DNA of 63,688 nt, counting the filler, from Octopus bimaculoides (lineage: Eukaryota), in assembly GCF_001194135.2 (NCBI RefSeq). It is 8 parts of 8 records of this genome, joined end to end, with 100 filler letters (N's around TTAATTAATTAA, not from the genome) between each part and the next. Parts side by side here need not be neighbours in the genome. Positions count along the whole stretch, not along the records: positions 28,799 to 39,578 come from NC_068997.1; positions 39,679 to 54,592 come from NC_068988.1; 6 more parts are not named here. The stretch is one strand, 5' to 3'. Below are positions 36,952 through 52,277 of this stretch, one piece after another. A program made the position numbers and the translations under genes. The stretch's first letter is position 1; every line of letters begins with the position of its first letter. Below the pieces are notes generated by a model, which saw nothing but the letters and a program-made list of their open reading frames with translations, was not told the origin of the DNA and did not search any database.

Positions 36952-39544
36952 TATGCACACTAGAGAGACAGGATATAAAGGAAGATGTATAATGATAAAA
37001 TAGAAAAAGAAAACAACTGAAAGAGAGCATAAGATTGAAAAAGAGAGAAGGTAAAGGAAGAGATAGAAAGACCAAGATATGTATAGATATATATATATAG
37101 AGAGAGAGAGAGACAGAGGGTAGAGAATCTGTCTTTTGCCTGTCTTTTTCTTTGAGAAAGATGATAGAGATACAAAGATATATATGAATATAGATAGACA
37201 GATACCATGAGAGAGAAGGAAAAGAAAAGCTAGAAAGAGGGAAGATTCTACAGAATTTACAGAATTAATGAAAAATTTTGTGTTTTGGTAGTGATAAAAA
37301 AAATAAAGAAAGTTAAACCAATTATTTGAGAATTTGAGATTTATTTTATAGCCAACAGCTGAGAAAAAGAATATAATGAAGGAATAAAAGAATGATGGAA
37401 GAAAAAGAGAGGAAGGAATAAATAGATACTGTATTAAAAATAAATAAATGAATTTATAAAGGAAGAAATTTTCTTTTTTTTATGACAGTAATATGAAATG
37501 TGATTCTTTGTATTTTCTTAATTACTGATTTCATACACGGGATGAAGTCTTTAAGTTCATATAAAGTTGCAAATGAGAATGTGAAATGTTCATGCCATTC
37601 TGCAGCGTATTTAGTAATGTTAAATGAAATGACTATGATCAGAGACTATGTGAAACAATGATGGGAATTGCTAAATTATGCACCAGATCGCACATTCTAA
37701 TTATTTCGATTCCATTCATTGCCCGGATTTATTTAAAGGAAATGGCTTTGATATCAGAGCAGCATTACAACCACTGCAAGAGATTTTAACAGAGTGCCAT
37801 TTCCACCTAACTGGCCACATTCTCCATCTTGTTCAGTGGTTCTCAATCGAGGGCCATATGACCCAGTGGGGTCCACATATGATTTTTTTAGGGTCCAGGC
37901 AAGTGAAAAATGAATGTAAATTGGGGAGCCATAGGAGTAAATTAAACGTTCATGAAAAAGTTTCGCTTTAGATGTATTTGTTGCAGGAAACAGCTTGGCT
38001 TATTTCTCATTAAATTTCTCCTTTACTTGTTCCATTGGTCTCTTTTGCCAAAATGCTAAATTATGGGGAGGTAAACACACCAAGTCATGGTGGGGGGACA
38101 AACACAGACACACAAACACACACACACATATGTATATATATATATATATATGCAATGGGCTTCTTTCAGTTTCTGTCTACTAAATCCATTCACAAGGCTT
38201 TGGTCAGCCCGAAGCTATAGTAGAAGATACTTACCCAAGTTACCATGCAGTGGAACTGAATCTGGAACCATGTGGTTGGTAAGCAAGCTTCTTGCCACGC
38301 AACCACTCCTGTGTCTACACACACACACACACAGACATTTATGTGTGTATATATATATAGCATACACACTCACACACATATATATAATTATGTATTCTAT
38401 GTGTATATGTGCATCTATGCATATAATCATATAAATAGTAAAAAAAAAAAAAATTTTAAACAAAAACGAGTCACATTCCAATTCCCAGATGAGGTTATTT
38501 TAAATATTGCCCCGAAAGGTTAATAAGGTCATACACCTTCACAGCAGCATCAGCATCAGCACCACAGCAGTAACCTGCATCAATTTACCTACCCTACAAA
38601 CAGCACAACCACCACAGTACCCGCCAACACACTCACCACCACCACCACCACCACCACCACCACCACAATCATTATTACTACCTCTGACACAATAAACCCC
38701 AACACTAACGCCAACATAATAATAAAAAAAAAGCATTTTGAAGAATTTTTCTAAACATGAGTAAAAGTTTTAAAGCATTGATCTTGGACAGACAGAAATT
38801 GATTGGATTAACAACTAAGGTTAGAAGGAGAACAGAATGACTTGCCTAAGGCTTTATCAAGAAAGGAAAACATCAATACATAAGGGACATAACCTAGATT
38901 ATATGGCATCGTTACTATGTGGCCTTTTTCTATTTCTTTTTCTGCATACATGTGGAAGTATTCGTGAGTATGCTTATGCATGTAGATGTATATGTGTGTC
39001 AAAGTGTGTAAATATATGCACGTAGATACATATGCATACACATGCTCACACACAGACACATGTAGGTATCTATATATCAGTGTGTTATTAATTCTTTCAT
39101 TCTAAGAATATATATACAGGTTAAGAGTTCAGAATTCTGTTGTATTTGTTGAGGGGTTTATTGTCATACATTTTCCTTCTATACATTTTTATTTGTTTTC
39201 TTTATGCATACATACACATATATATACGCACATATACATACATATATGCATACATATTCACACACACACACATACATGCACATATGCAATACATACATGA
39301 TTTCTTCGTTTATATTTTGCTGTATTTTTTGTTCCAAAAGTTCTACTGAATTAACTTTCCCAACAAAAAGAGGAAATATTATATATTATTAATACGTGTG
39401 AATGTGAATATATGCAAAACGGAATTACTACAAATTTATAAAAATATGTTCTTCAGAAATAATCGTATATGAAAATAATTATGAAGAAGAGCATTTTCTT
39501 TAAAAAGTAAATAGTCTTCCACACACACGCACTTAATACATATT

Positions 39545-39578
<34 letters not shown>

Positions 39579-39678
39579 NNNNNNNNNNNNNNNNNNNNNN
39601 NNNNNNNNNNNNNNNNNNNNNNTTAATTAATTAANNNNNNNNNNNNNNNNNNNNNNNNNNNNNNNNNNNNNNNNNNNN

Positions 39679-39758
<80 letters not shown>

Positions 39759-42121
39759 ATACGCACGTATGGCTAATGATATTGACATACGACTGTATAC
39801 ATACACATAGGCACACAAACTCATATGCTTGAATGCAAAAGAGAAATTGAATTTTGAATTATTGATATAATAAATTATAGAGATAATACTATGAAATGAA
39901 GATAGAGCAAAAAAATTATACTGGCGAATATGAACGTAAATATATTGCTGAGATATGCTTTAGTTATGGCAGGATTTATGTGATAGCTTTTGGAAAATGT
40001 TTTTATAAAATATTTATATGTTTATATAAAAAGGTGCATAGTTGCCGGTTTTAGATGTATATATTTATGTTGGTACGAAAATTCAGTTATTCAGCTTGCC
40101 TATAATTAGCAATTGAACAAATAATGTCGATGTTCAGTTAACACATATTGACAACTTGAAAATATTACGTTTAACAGCTTAGTTATCTGACAAGGAGTTG
40201 AATTCGTCCAGAAAGTAGCGTTCGCCTCCGCTCGAGTCATTTGTATACTGGGATGGCTAGTTTCCGTATATTGCCAGCTTCACTTGATAGCTTTTCTTTC
40301 ATCTTTCAGTGTCCTGATATATTTTGTCAGTGACGTGTTATTTCTATGTATATTTGCTGGAAGAAGAATGTGTCGAAAATATAAGTTTCCAAAAGTATCG
40401 GCCGTAAGCTTAATGTAACTTCATCTACGACAGGAGGTTTCCTTATACGATATACAACTGCCTTAACAAACTATCAATGGAGTAAGAAGTAATGAGATTA
40501 TAGGTAAACAGAGATCGAGGTTCAGGTCTGTTGCGAATTGTGTTAATGCTTATTTTTGTATTTGCAACTCAGTTTGTATTGTATGACATTTCATTTCATA
40601 AAATGGCGAGCAGGCAGAATCGTTTGCACGACGGGCAAATGATTAGCGGCATTTCAATCGTCTTTACGTTCTGAGTTCAAATTCTACCGAGATCGACCTT
40701 GCCTTTCGCTCTTTGAGAAGCGATAAATTAAGCACCAGTTGAGTATTGAAGTTCATGTAATCGACTTACCTCCCCTTACCAAACTGCTGGCCACGTGCCA
40801 AAATTTGAAACCATTATATTTCCTTTCGTAAAACAGTGAGCAGATAGAAACGTTAGCACACTGTGTCTAGTGCTTAGCAGCATTTTGTCCGATCTTAGGT
40901 TCTGAGTTCAAATGTTTTCGGAGTCGATACAGTAAAATATCAGTTAAATACTGGGGTTGATGATACCGAGTTGCCCTGCCTCTCAAAAGTTCTGGCCGTA
41001 CGCCCAAATTTAAAACTATTCTATTTTCTTTTATATTTAAAGCATCACCTTTTTTTTGCTGAAACAGTAACTAATTCTACTGTATGTTTATGAAAGAGTG
41101 GGTAGTATCAGTGACAAAACATTTCTTTTCTTTTTTCGTTATATCAAAGCAACATATCAGGAAAACGATTCCGTCTTTCTTTTGCAATATTCAAATATGT
41201 CATGTTAATTCAAAGAATGTTCAATTTTCTTTTTACTATTTATATTTTAATGCGCGTTATTCGATTTTGTTTTTAAACCACTCTTTACTACAGCGTTATA
41301 ATAATAGTAAGAAACTCTACAGAATGTCTGTCTATCAAACGAGATATTATGATGTTATGTGTCCGTCTTCTTACGTCGCCCAGTAGTGTTTTTAAAACTT
41401 TAGGGTAACTAAATGACCTATATTTAGAAATAATACATTTCTAAATCTCTCAGAGAGATTTATGCAGTAGTGATACGATGAAGTAGTTGTCTGCTGTCAA
41501 CTTAATGTGACAGTCCCATGAGAGGGAATGATACTACTGCTATTTAGCTCTAGGAAGCAGCACCGCTTCCTGCTGGCCTTGACACATTTCCTGTGTCCTT
41601 ATGTGTCCTAAATAACCTGCAGTTTTGTAATATCTTTCTATTGGTATTTCACTCGCTTCTTTTCCTATTGGTGCACCTTAGCGTTAAGAGACATTTTAGA
41701 TTTAATTCTTTAAGCGACTTTTTATTAAACCCTTTTGTAACTCTAAGCTCGAGCCATTAGAGTGTCGTTATATGATTTAACTATAAACTTTATATATATC
41801 TAAACCTAAATGAAGAATTTCTCTGCCAAAGATCTAATATATAACTTCACCCAGGTTTGTTTATGATAGCCAAATTCATTACTATTTTGTGCGTTCATTA
41901 TAACGCTGATGCTATCGAAAACATCAGAGAATATATTGTTAAGCGGTGAAAATTTTATGTACCATGGTTTTGTGATGAAGGGATAAATCTCTACTATATC
42001 GAACTGAAGAAACTTGCAGTTATATTTTCCTCTCAGTTATAAATATGCTATCGAGCTCCCGTTATTCCTTACAGCAGCAGACTACATAATTTTATAATCA
42101 TTTCAAACAAACACGACTTAA

Positions 42122-43070
42122 TAAGAGGTACATTACCGAAGCTTTGAGACTTTTTTGAACGGTATTTATAACTGTCCTAGATTATTGTAATTTTACTATA
42201 TCATTACCATACATCTAATAAGCTGATTTGCCAACTTTTGTTATTCCGGATTCAAGGAGACGGCTGTAAAGCACTTTGAACAGACCCTACTAAACCCTGC
42301 TAGTCACAGTTGACTTATTTGCAGAATGCAATCGAGACCTAAATTCAATTTGGAAGCTTGCTAATTAATAGGTTTTGTGTTAAAAAGGGAAAAGAACACT
42401 ACAGGAACTTATGAGTACTCCAAACTGCTTACGGATTAACTTGGGCCAAGCATGTTTTTCAATGGTACTAGGGAACAGACAAAGCAAGTCCACCGGGAGC
42501 TCATGATAACCTCCTTTTTCGACAGTGAGGGAATCATCAACATTCACTGGGTTCCCTCTTGCCAGATGGTCAAAAAGGGTATTGGGNNNNNNNNNNNNNN
42601 NNNNNNNNNNNGGGGGGGGGGGGTGAATGAGTTTGGGAAGAGATTTCGTCGCAATAGACCAGAGCCCATCCGCTTGGGTCAGTGACTCCTACACCAGGAC
42701 AATGCACCAGTCAAAAATTCCATCCTGGTTACCAACTAGTTGACAGAGATGGGCATCAAAACTCTCCCTCATTCCTACTCCCACGCTCCGGACCTTGCTC
42801 CATGTGATTTTTGGTTGTTCCCCAAATTGAAGGAGAAACATTAGGGACAGTCTTTTTGAATATATTGAGAAGGTGAAGATGTTTGTAGTGAGGGTCCTGG
42901 ACACCTTCACTTTGGAGGATTTCCATGGTGCCATCACGAAGTAGCAGGAACCCTACAAGCGCATTGAAGTTAGAGGATCCTATTTTGAAGGCGTTTAAAG
43001 TTTTGTACGTCCTTGAAATAAATAAATATCTCTCCTGGAAATGTCGCACAACTTCTGGAATGCATCTCGT
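42122..43070 (+). mobile_element. Decayed mariner-like (DD34D-type) transposon
   Basis: Peptides MITSFFDSEGII, LHQDNAPV and HAPDLAPCDFWLFPKLKE, with weakly inverted ends. Confidence 0.75.
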
Positions 43071-43974
43071 AAATTATCTTTGATTCACGTTTTGCAGATT
43101 TAATTACGTTACACGAGTGATAAAACATGATGCTTCCTTATGATCTTTCCGTGTTAAGTATGGTTGACACGCTGTCTGGTATTTAACTCATAAATCTATC
43201 CTAAGTTTAGAGACAATGGTTATATATTTAGATTGCTATGTGTAATATTTGAAATTTCCTATATTATAATTAGATTCTTTGAAAGAAGTAAATTATGATT
43301 CAGGATGTCACATTTGTAAAATTTTAGTTTTGTCTACATGCATATACATGGAGTGATTTAGATCTTGAAAAATGTTGCAGTAATTTCTTTCTTTATTTCC
43401 TTTTTTTCTTTTCTTTTTCAAATTTGTTGATTATTTGAAGATGCGTAAAATAATTACTCTAACATAATTTTGATCTTCTAAATAGATCCGGTTCAAAAAT
43501 TTCAAGCATTTTTATTTTGGGGTAGATATTTGAAGATTCGAAATCCATATATCTCTCACTTTGGTCGGTCATAATCTTATTAGTCATAGATGAATATTTT
43601 CCACAAAATTCGTTTCAATACTTTTTTCCGTAGGTTTCATATTTTATACATACACACATGAAAGCACACACACACACACTCATAAAAATGCGTACATCTC
43701 ATATATACGTTTTAATCTTTTCTATGTTTTTGCCTCATCGCTACAAACATATGCGCTGTTTCTTTCAATGACTACCCACGCTTATCAAGTCTGCTAGAAA
43801 TCATGTATATTGCATTTCTGAGCAAATTTCGTAATCAACAACACTCACGTAATTCCTAGATATAACAGATATACAATTTTTTTATTTACAGTTAGTATTT
43901 ACACTCCACAGTAGTTACCTTCCGTATTATGAGTACATACATACATACATACATACATACATACATACCAGTGT

Positions 43975-44645
43975 CACTTTGATGGCATGCACTGCTCTCT
44001 CTCACTCTATACACTTACATACAATTATACAAAGTACCTGGTGAACAAGAGAGACAGTGACGCTCTTGTAATCCCAAAGTGCAACTGCATGTGTAGGCTC
44101 CGTCATGTTTCTGTGGAAGACATTACACATGTGATTAGTAGCTGCCCTAAAACATCATCACGGTACTACCTCACTCTGCGGCACGATGTTGTTGCTAAAA
44201 CAATTTACAATGCCACCCGCAAAAAAGACTGTCCTGAAATAAACTTAGAAAATTCCTCTGTTATGGAATACATTCATAAACATCAATTCAAGGAATACTA
44301 GTTGAATATTCCCATCAAAACTTCTGTCTAATGTAAGCATAATAGGCCGGATATTGTTGTTTGTGACAGGGAGTCGAAGGTACGTACCATCATAGAGGTT
44401 AGCTGTCCTGCAAATATAAATATCTCTTTGAAAATCAAAGAAAGAGAGGATATCTATGGACAAGTGCTTCGAAACCTCTATCTTCTATATCCAGACTATG
44501 AATTAATATTCATACCAAATAATAATGGGAACACTAGGTTTTGTTAGTAAATGTTCAAAGGAGAATCTGGATAAACTGGGATTTTCAGAAAGAGAAACTG
44601 ACCGACTGACTAGTACATTACAAGTGGAATCTGTGAGTGGAACAG
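43975..44645 (+). mobile_element. R4/Dong-like remnant (CCHC plus RLE), same family as 15830-17535
   Basis: Peptides CRLRHVSVEDITHVISSCP...RHDVVAKTIYN, NRPDIVVCD...IIEVSCP and LDKLGFSERE. Confidence 0.8.
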
Positions 44646-44882
44646 NNNNNNNNNNNNNNNNNNNNNNNNNNNNNNNNNNNNNNNNNNNNNNNNNNNNNNN
44701 NNNNNNNNNNNNNNNNNNNNNNNNNNNNNNNNNNNNNNNNNNNNNNNNNNNNNNNNNNNNNNNNNNNNNNNNNNNNNNNNNNNNNNNNNNNNNNNNNNNN
44801 NNNNNNNNNNNNNNNNNNNNNNNNNNNNNNNNNNNNNNNNNNNNNNNNNNNNNNNNNNNNNNNTTATAATAATTAAAAAAAA

Positions 44883-44917
<35 letters not shown>

Positions 44918-47326
44918 TGAAAACGCCAACAAAGAGTAAAACAATGGAACACGGTAAATCACGAGTTTCCCTCCATTTTTTTCGTAAATCAATAGTATGG
45001 AAAGAATATGTTTACATTCTTAACGCACACTGAAGTTTTGTTGTTGCTGTTGTTTTATATTCCAATATCTCCTCTTCGTTTTAGTTCTTTCGACTTACGC
45101 CGTGTTTTGATTAATAAATGACGAGCCAACAAATATGCAAATTATTCTACCCACTAGGGTGCTCACCTAATTTATGACTGCATTGTAAGTAGTTGGTCTA
45201 TAGAAGTTGATCATTGATTTGGGAAAGAAGCCAAGTACGTCTTTTTTGAGGAGCAGTCAACATGCCATGTAGATGCCCGTCAATATATTTTCTTCCTTCC
45301 CTCTTTATTTCACACATTAATAGTATAGAAATTATGTGTGTTCATGTTTATTCGTATATAATCCACTATGAGGTTTATATTTAGATTTATTTTATTCCTT
45401 CTGTTTTACGTGGATTTGCGTATAAATAGCGAGTCACTGCCTTTCATTCCTGTCATTGCTTATAGATGAGCACATCAATACACAACGTGTCTGTTCATTT
45501 TGAAACGTGGAAACGTGTCATTTGGGGAAGATTTGACAGCTGTTTCTAACATCTTGAACAATCACATTGAGATCGTGTTCTTGGATCACAGCCTATTGAA
45601 CTTCCATCGATTGTGTTTTCTCCTTTCTTTTTTTTTTTCTGTCAATTGAGGAAAGACAGTACTGATGTCTTTTTCTCGAACTTCGCTTACTGATGGTAAG
45701 ATGTGGAAGTGAAAAGGTTATCCTGAGCTCAAATCATGCACAAATGCTTACAACAAAATTGGCTTAGCTAAAGATACCCATGTACCAGCTGCTGGTGTTA
45801 AATCACGTGACAGATTAAATCTACCACACAACAAAATAAACATTTGTTCCGACTAGATTCGGCATACGATCAACACAAATATCACGACAACTTCCTCTCA
45901 CAAAGCGCACTGAGGTTAGACTTTTGTAAAAGACTCTTACATATGGTTGGTGCCAAACATTGATATCAAACCAGAAACTATGTAATTGTGAATCGAACTC
46001 TGCATAGAAACGGTAAATGTGTTCATAATTATTTAATGAACTACTGGTGTAGTAGTAGAGAATTATGATAGCCGCTGTCAAACTCACACTAATTCCATAT
46101 TGTATTATTCTTGTTGTTTCATCTTGTCTCAGTTTCATTCGGCTGTTCTAAAAACTAAATCCTATTATCCTAATCTGGTTTTGAGCCACATCATCTCAGA
46201 TATTCTTATTCTGCTAATCAGATTCATATTTTTCTTCCTGTCTCTTTGTTTTAAACTGATTCAACACACCGATTCCTTCTCCTTGTACTCACTCCCTTCA
46301 ATTTCTCACTCATCTCTCTTTGTCGGTCTCTGTTTCTGTTAATCTTTCTGTTCGTCTGTCTGTCTGACGCCCCCCCCCTCTCTCTCTCTCTCTCTCTCGT
46401 TCTCTGTAAAGATCTCTTTCATCGTTTATTTTTTTTCGTCTTCATTTCTCATTCTTTCAATTTATGTTTCTTTTCCTTCCATTTTCTTTTCCTCTTTCGC
46501 CGATCCGTTATTAAGATCTAAAGTATTATTTTACTCTTCAATAAAGTATGTATTTATTTCGTCCAGACATAATATTAATCTTGATAAGATGTATGTCATG
46601 TATGTCATCTAAACAATCCCTATTATGTCAATGGTATTTATTTCCTTGCCACAAGAAAGCTGGAATACAATGTCTACTAATGAAATAAAAATTAATCTAA
46701 CACTATTTCTGGCCATTGCCATCACTTAAAGGTTAAGACTGAGACAGAAATATAAGAGCGATGAAGATCGGTTCAACGCTGTATTTAAAGAGATGTAACG
46801 ATAGTCATTAATGATAAAACACATTTAGAGTACATAACATAAATTGAATTGAACAGATAGTTACCTTCAGATAAGAGGTCATACATTAGAAATATATCAA
46901 TGAGAAAGTAATCTTCCCAGATACACGAGGGAAGATCTTTACTGGCAAGGATTAATGCGTAACTTATGTTGTTTAAATCATGTCGTATAGAAACATAAAT
47001 ATATTTACAAGGTTCTGGAAGTATAAGAAATTGTTTCTTATTTTAACTTCCTATTTCAGCTGGAGAATTATATGTTCAAATGGTAAGTTAATGTACTTTA
47101 CGTTGTATGGCTGCATTGATAAAAATCAAAATTAACATCACTACAGGTAACCGTCTGAGGACCTCTTATATTTCAGAAGACAAGTAACCATGAGGCACAA
47201 AGTAAGTGATACAAGCATCCTAATGTTAATTTATACTTACACCCACACGTGTCTTGTTAAATAACTTGGTCCTTAAATCTTTTGTTATGGAAGACTCGTC
47301 ACTCACTCAGATTACCATAACATCGC

Positions 47327-47360
<34 letters not shown>

Positions 47361-48135
47361 TATATAGATATATATTTAAACTGATATTGTCTAATTCTAA
47401 TTAAATGTCTTTTATGTCTATTATCAAAGAAGGTGGTTTCAGGCATACTAATAACTTCCTTCTCAACTACGCCATTAAAACAGCGTCCATTTATTTAATT
47501 AGCAGCTACAACTCCGCCATACTGGGAGCCTGCTCCTAAATAAATATGACTGCTGCCTTGCTTTTGTTATGCCAATATCACATGTTTATCTTCATAATAT
47601 CTTTCATGAAGATAATCTAGAAAACTGAAATCTAAAACCTAAAAGCTAAAAACTTGGAGAAATATATTTGTCTGACCAAAATACTGTCGAAAACACTCCA
47701 CGATATACAACTTATCTGCAAAACTGTAGTATATAAGAATATAAAAGTGGAAGGCTCGTAGCGGTGAGGTTTAAAAGCTAGGATCAGAACCGCGTCGTTC
47801 TGATTTCAATTCCACTGCACTGGAACTTGCGAAAATCTATTTTACCATAATCTCGAATTCACCAAATTTCTGATATTTCACAGAGTTTACAGTGTGACAA
47901 GTATCACTTGAGGTATAAATAATCTGAAAGGAACATCTTTAACTCCGGCAGCGCAATCACTGCTGATCCTTGCACGCAGCACAAAGAAATACTGTTTTCT
48001 TATCGTTTACATAGTAAGAACTCAGACATTTTTATGTTGCGTAAATTTGATTCATCACACAGTTTGATAACATAATTTGGTTCTAGGGTGCATTTAGCCG
48101 AGGCCACTCAGTATTTACCACTCAAGTATCAACAT

Positions 48136-48564
48136 AGGCGCAGGAGTGGCTGTGCGGTAAGTAGTTTGCTTTCCAACTACATAGTCCTGGGTTCAGTCCC
48201 ACTGCGTGACACCATGGACAACTGTCTTCTACTATAGCTTTGGGCCAACCAAAGCCTTGTGAGTGGATTTGGTAGACGGAAACTGGAAGAAGCCCACCGT
48301 ATATGTATGTATATATATATATGTGTATGTGTGTGTGAGTGTATGTGTGTATGCGTGTGTGTGTGATTGTCCCCCCAACATCGCTTGACAATCGATGCTG
48401 GTGTGTTTACGTCCCCGTAAACTAATGGTTCGGCAAAAGATCCCGATAGAATAAGTACTAGGCTTACAAAGAATAAGCCCTGGGGTCGATTTGCTCGACT
48501 AAAGGCGGTGCCCCAGCATGGCCGCAGTCAAATGACTGAAACAAGTAAAAGAATAAAAGAATAA
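48136..48564 (+). mobile_element. Full-length tRNA-derived SINE (family B) with internal (TA)/(TG) tract
   Basis: Head aggcgcaggagtggctgtgcggtaag...gggttcagtccc and tail ...aatgactgaaacaagtaaaagaataaaaga. Approximate homologues: 8757-8960, 11083-11800, 25565-25965, 26880-27300, 30715-31085, 34780-35165, 38020-38310, 52278-52420, 56995-57360. Confidence 0.8.
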
Positions 48565-49896
48565 GGTCTCCAATATTAGGATAATTTACTTCTTTCCACA
48601 AATCTCAGAGACAAAAGACCATCGGACCCAATCCTTCTCCTCGGAGTAAGGGAAAAGAAACCGTTATATTGATGCGCATGTTCACACAAAACTATTGTTG
48701 GTTGCAACAAAAGGATTCAAATGGCAGCTACAATCATGGCCTGACAATATTATGTATGGTTAATCCTCTATGTTCAAAGGCATCGATGATGATCGTCATC
48801 AAAGGCATTGATGATGACGATGAAAACGACGATGATGGTGATGATGACGGTGACGACAATTATGGCGAAAATGATGACGGTGATGATCTAAAAGGAGGCG
48901 ATAGCGAAGGAAGAGAAGGAGGAGGAGCGAGAGTGCCACTATGATGATGCTGTTGTTGATTGTATTGTGGCTGTGTTTAGCCGAAATTGTGGCGTTGCTG
49001 GTTATGATAGCGAAAAACAGAAGTAAGAAATAAGAGGCACAATAGACTTTGTTCTCTTTAGAAAACATTATAATTAATAACATTGTTGCATGAAAGCTGG
49101 GTACAATAGAAAATGAGATAAGCAGAGAGACACAAAGATATACATACACACATATACGCACTCTAGTATCGACACGGATTCATTTACACATCTATACATA
49201 CAAATGTGCGTATATGTGTGTGTATATACAAATATATATAATAATATAAATATATATATTATATATAACATATATATGTTATATATAATATATATTACAT
49301 ATATTATATAATGCGAGTTTATGTATACACACACACACACAAATATATATATGTGNNNNNNNNNNNNNNNNNNNNNNNNNNNNNNNNNNNNNNNNNNNNN
49401 NNNNNNNNNNNNNNNNNNNNNNNNNNNNNNNNNNNNNNNNNNNNNNNNNNNNNNNNNNNNNNNNNNNNNNNNNNNNNNNNNNNNNNNNNNNNNNNNNNNN
49501 NNNNNNNNNNNNNNNNNNNNNNNNNNNNNNNNNNNNNNNNNNNNNNNNNNNNNNNNNNNNNNNNNNNNNNNNNNNNNNNNNNNNNNNNNNNNNNNNNNNN
49601 NNNNNNNNNNNNNNNNNNNNNNNNNNNNNNNNNNNNNNNNNNNNNNNNNNNNNNNNNNNNNNNNNNNNNNNNNNNNNNNNNNNNNNNNNNNNNNNNNNNN
49701 NNNNNNNNNNNNNNNNNNNNNNNNNNNNNNNNNNNNNNNNNNNNNNNNNNNNNNNNNNNNNNNNNNNNNNNNNNNNNNNNNNNNNNNNNNNNNNNNNNNN
49801 NNNNNNNNNNNNNNNNNNNNNNNNNNNNNNNNNNNNNNNNNNNNNNNNNNNNNNNNNNNNNNNNNNNNNNNNNNNNNNNNNNNNNNNNNNNNNNNN

Positions 49897-49941
<45 letters not shown>

Positions 49942-50565
49942 ATATAATAGATGTATATGTATATATATAATAGATGTGTATGTATGTATGTGTACGCGTA
50001 TGTGATAGTATGCGTGTATATGTGTGTTTGTGCGTATAAGTGCGTACGTACTAGAAGACTGACGGACAGATAAACAGATACAAAGGATAAATAATTAGGT
50101 AGCTGAGTTAATTGACAATAAGTAAATAGATAAATTAACGAGCCAAAAATAAACCACTGAAAGAATCCTGCCACCAAATCTACATTTCCGAATCAATGCC
50201 AGTATAATGTAAAAGTGAATTACAGCCTCGATTATAATAGTTTGATCTTTTAGTCAATTGTTCCATGACTTTTCATGCATACACACGTATGCTCATATAT
50301 ACACGTACAGATTTAACTAACTATCTATTCCACTTTCTCTCCGGCCTCTCTTTCGCAGGACATATGTATGTGTGTGCCTGTGCGCGCGAGCGTGTGTGTC
50401 TTCGTAATTGTATTTGTTCTCCACCACCGCTTGGCAACCGTTGATGGTTTGTTGAAATCTACGGAAGCGAGTGGTTTGGTGAAAAGAGGCCGCTAGAATA
50501 AGTATCAGTCTTCAAAATATTATATCTTATCTAAATTAACTATTGCTTAACCATCTTCTCACGCC

Positions 50566-50613
50566 GTCTCCGATGAAGGGATATAATGAATATCGTGGAA
50601 ACAGCTGTAAGAC
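50566..50613 (+). ncRNA. Degenerate hammerhead, GUCU/AGAC family
   Basis: GUCU CCGAUGA A GGGAUAU AAUGA AUAUCGU G GAAA CAGCUG UA AGAC. Stems I and III are intact, with U4>C in the core. Confidence 0.55.
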
Positions 50614-52014
50614 CTATTTATAAATGTTCTAAAATCTTCACAGCCTTGATTTTTTTTATCTCATTCTGAAAAAACATTTATATNNNNNNNNNNNNNNNNN
50701 NNNNNNNNNNNNNNNNNNNNNNNNNNNNNNNNNNNNNNNNNNNNNNNNNNNNNNNNNNNNNNNNNNNNNNNNNNNNNNNNNNNNNNNNNNNNNNNNNNNN
50801 NNNNNNNNNNNNNNNNNNNNNNNNNNNNNNNNNNNNNNNNNNNNNNNNNNNNNNNNNNNNNNNNNNNNNNNNNNNNNNNNNNNNNNNNNNNNNNNNNNNN
50901 NNNNNNNNNNNNNNNNNNNNNNNNNNNNNNNNNNNNNNNNNNNNNNNNNNNNNNNNNNNNNNNNNNNNNNNNNNNNNNNNNNNNNNNNNNNNNNNNNNNN
51001 NNNNNNNNNNNNNNNNNNNNNNNNNNNNNNNNNNNNNNNNNNNNNNNNNNNNNNNNNNNNNNNNNNNNNNNNNNNNNNNNNNNNNNNNNNNNNNNNNNNN
51101 NNNNNNNNNNNNNNNNNNNNNNNNNNNNNNNNNNNNNNNNNNNNNNNNNNNNNNNNNNNNNNNNNNNNNNNNNNNNNNNNNNNNNNNNNNNNNNNNNNNN
51201 NNNNNNGAACCTTGCTGTACTCTTTCACCACAACTTTCTCTCACTCTTACTTCCTGTTTCTGTTGTGTCTGTAATTCAAAGGGTCAGCCTTGTCACACAC
51301 TGTGTCACGCTGAATATCCCCGAGAACTACGTTAAGGGTACACGTGTCTGTGGAGTGCTCAGCCACTTGTACGTTAATTTCACGAGCAGGCTGTTCCATT
51401 GATCGGATCAACTATGACTACTAAGCGACGGAGTGCCAACAACAACAGCAACAATGGACCTAAAATTTTGCACAGATCATTCCTTTCTCAGTGATGATCA
51501 TATTCGTCTACGAGTTGGCAGCAATCATCATGTACTTTTATACTTGCGTATCCGCTATGTTATATCACTGCTAAACAACAATAATCATTCTGCAAAATGA
51601 TTAACATTGAAATGCGTTAGGATCAATTTTCATAAACCAGTTAATACTGACCTAAATTGATATTTTAGAGTGAAATACTTTTTAAATACTCTTTGGGTAA
51701 GCGCGTTGCAGATAATGGATTTGTCAGTGATTTCTATACAAAATATTGCAAAATAATTTTTCATTTGATAATCAGATTCGACTTGTGAATCAGTTTTATA
51801 TCTGTAAGGATTCTTAAATAAATCTGCATTTAGTTTAATGAATACATGCACTTTCACACACAGGTGCTAATTCACACTGGCATTCTCTTCCTCACACACA
51901 TACACACATAATACACTCACATACACACATAAACACGCACATACACACACATATATATACATACATACGTACATGCACACATATATATGTGAATACGTAC
52001 ATATTATATGTATT

Positions 52015-52046
<32 letters not shown>

Positions 52047-52246
52047 CGTTTGTATGTATACATGGACAGATAGAGTGTACAAGTTTGTCGACAAAAGCAG
52101 GATTACTAGAACACACACACATACACATATGCATGTATGCATATATATGTAATACATTTTATATACATATACACATATAAACATATACATACATATATAT
52201 GCAAGCGTGTATATTAATAGATATACTAGTATTTGTATGTCTGTGA

Positions 52247-52277
<31 letters not shown>

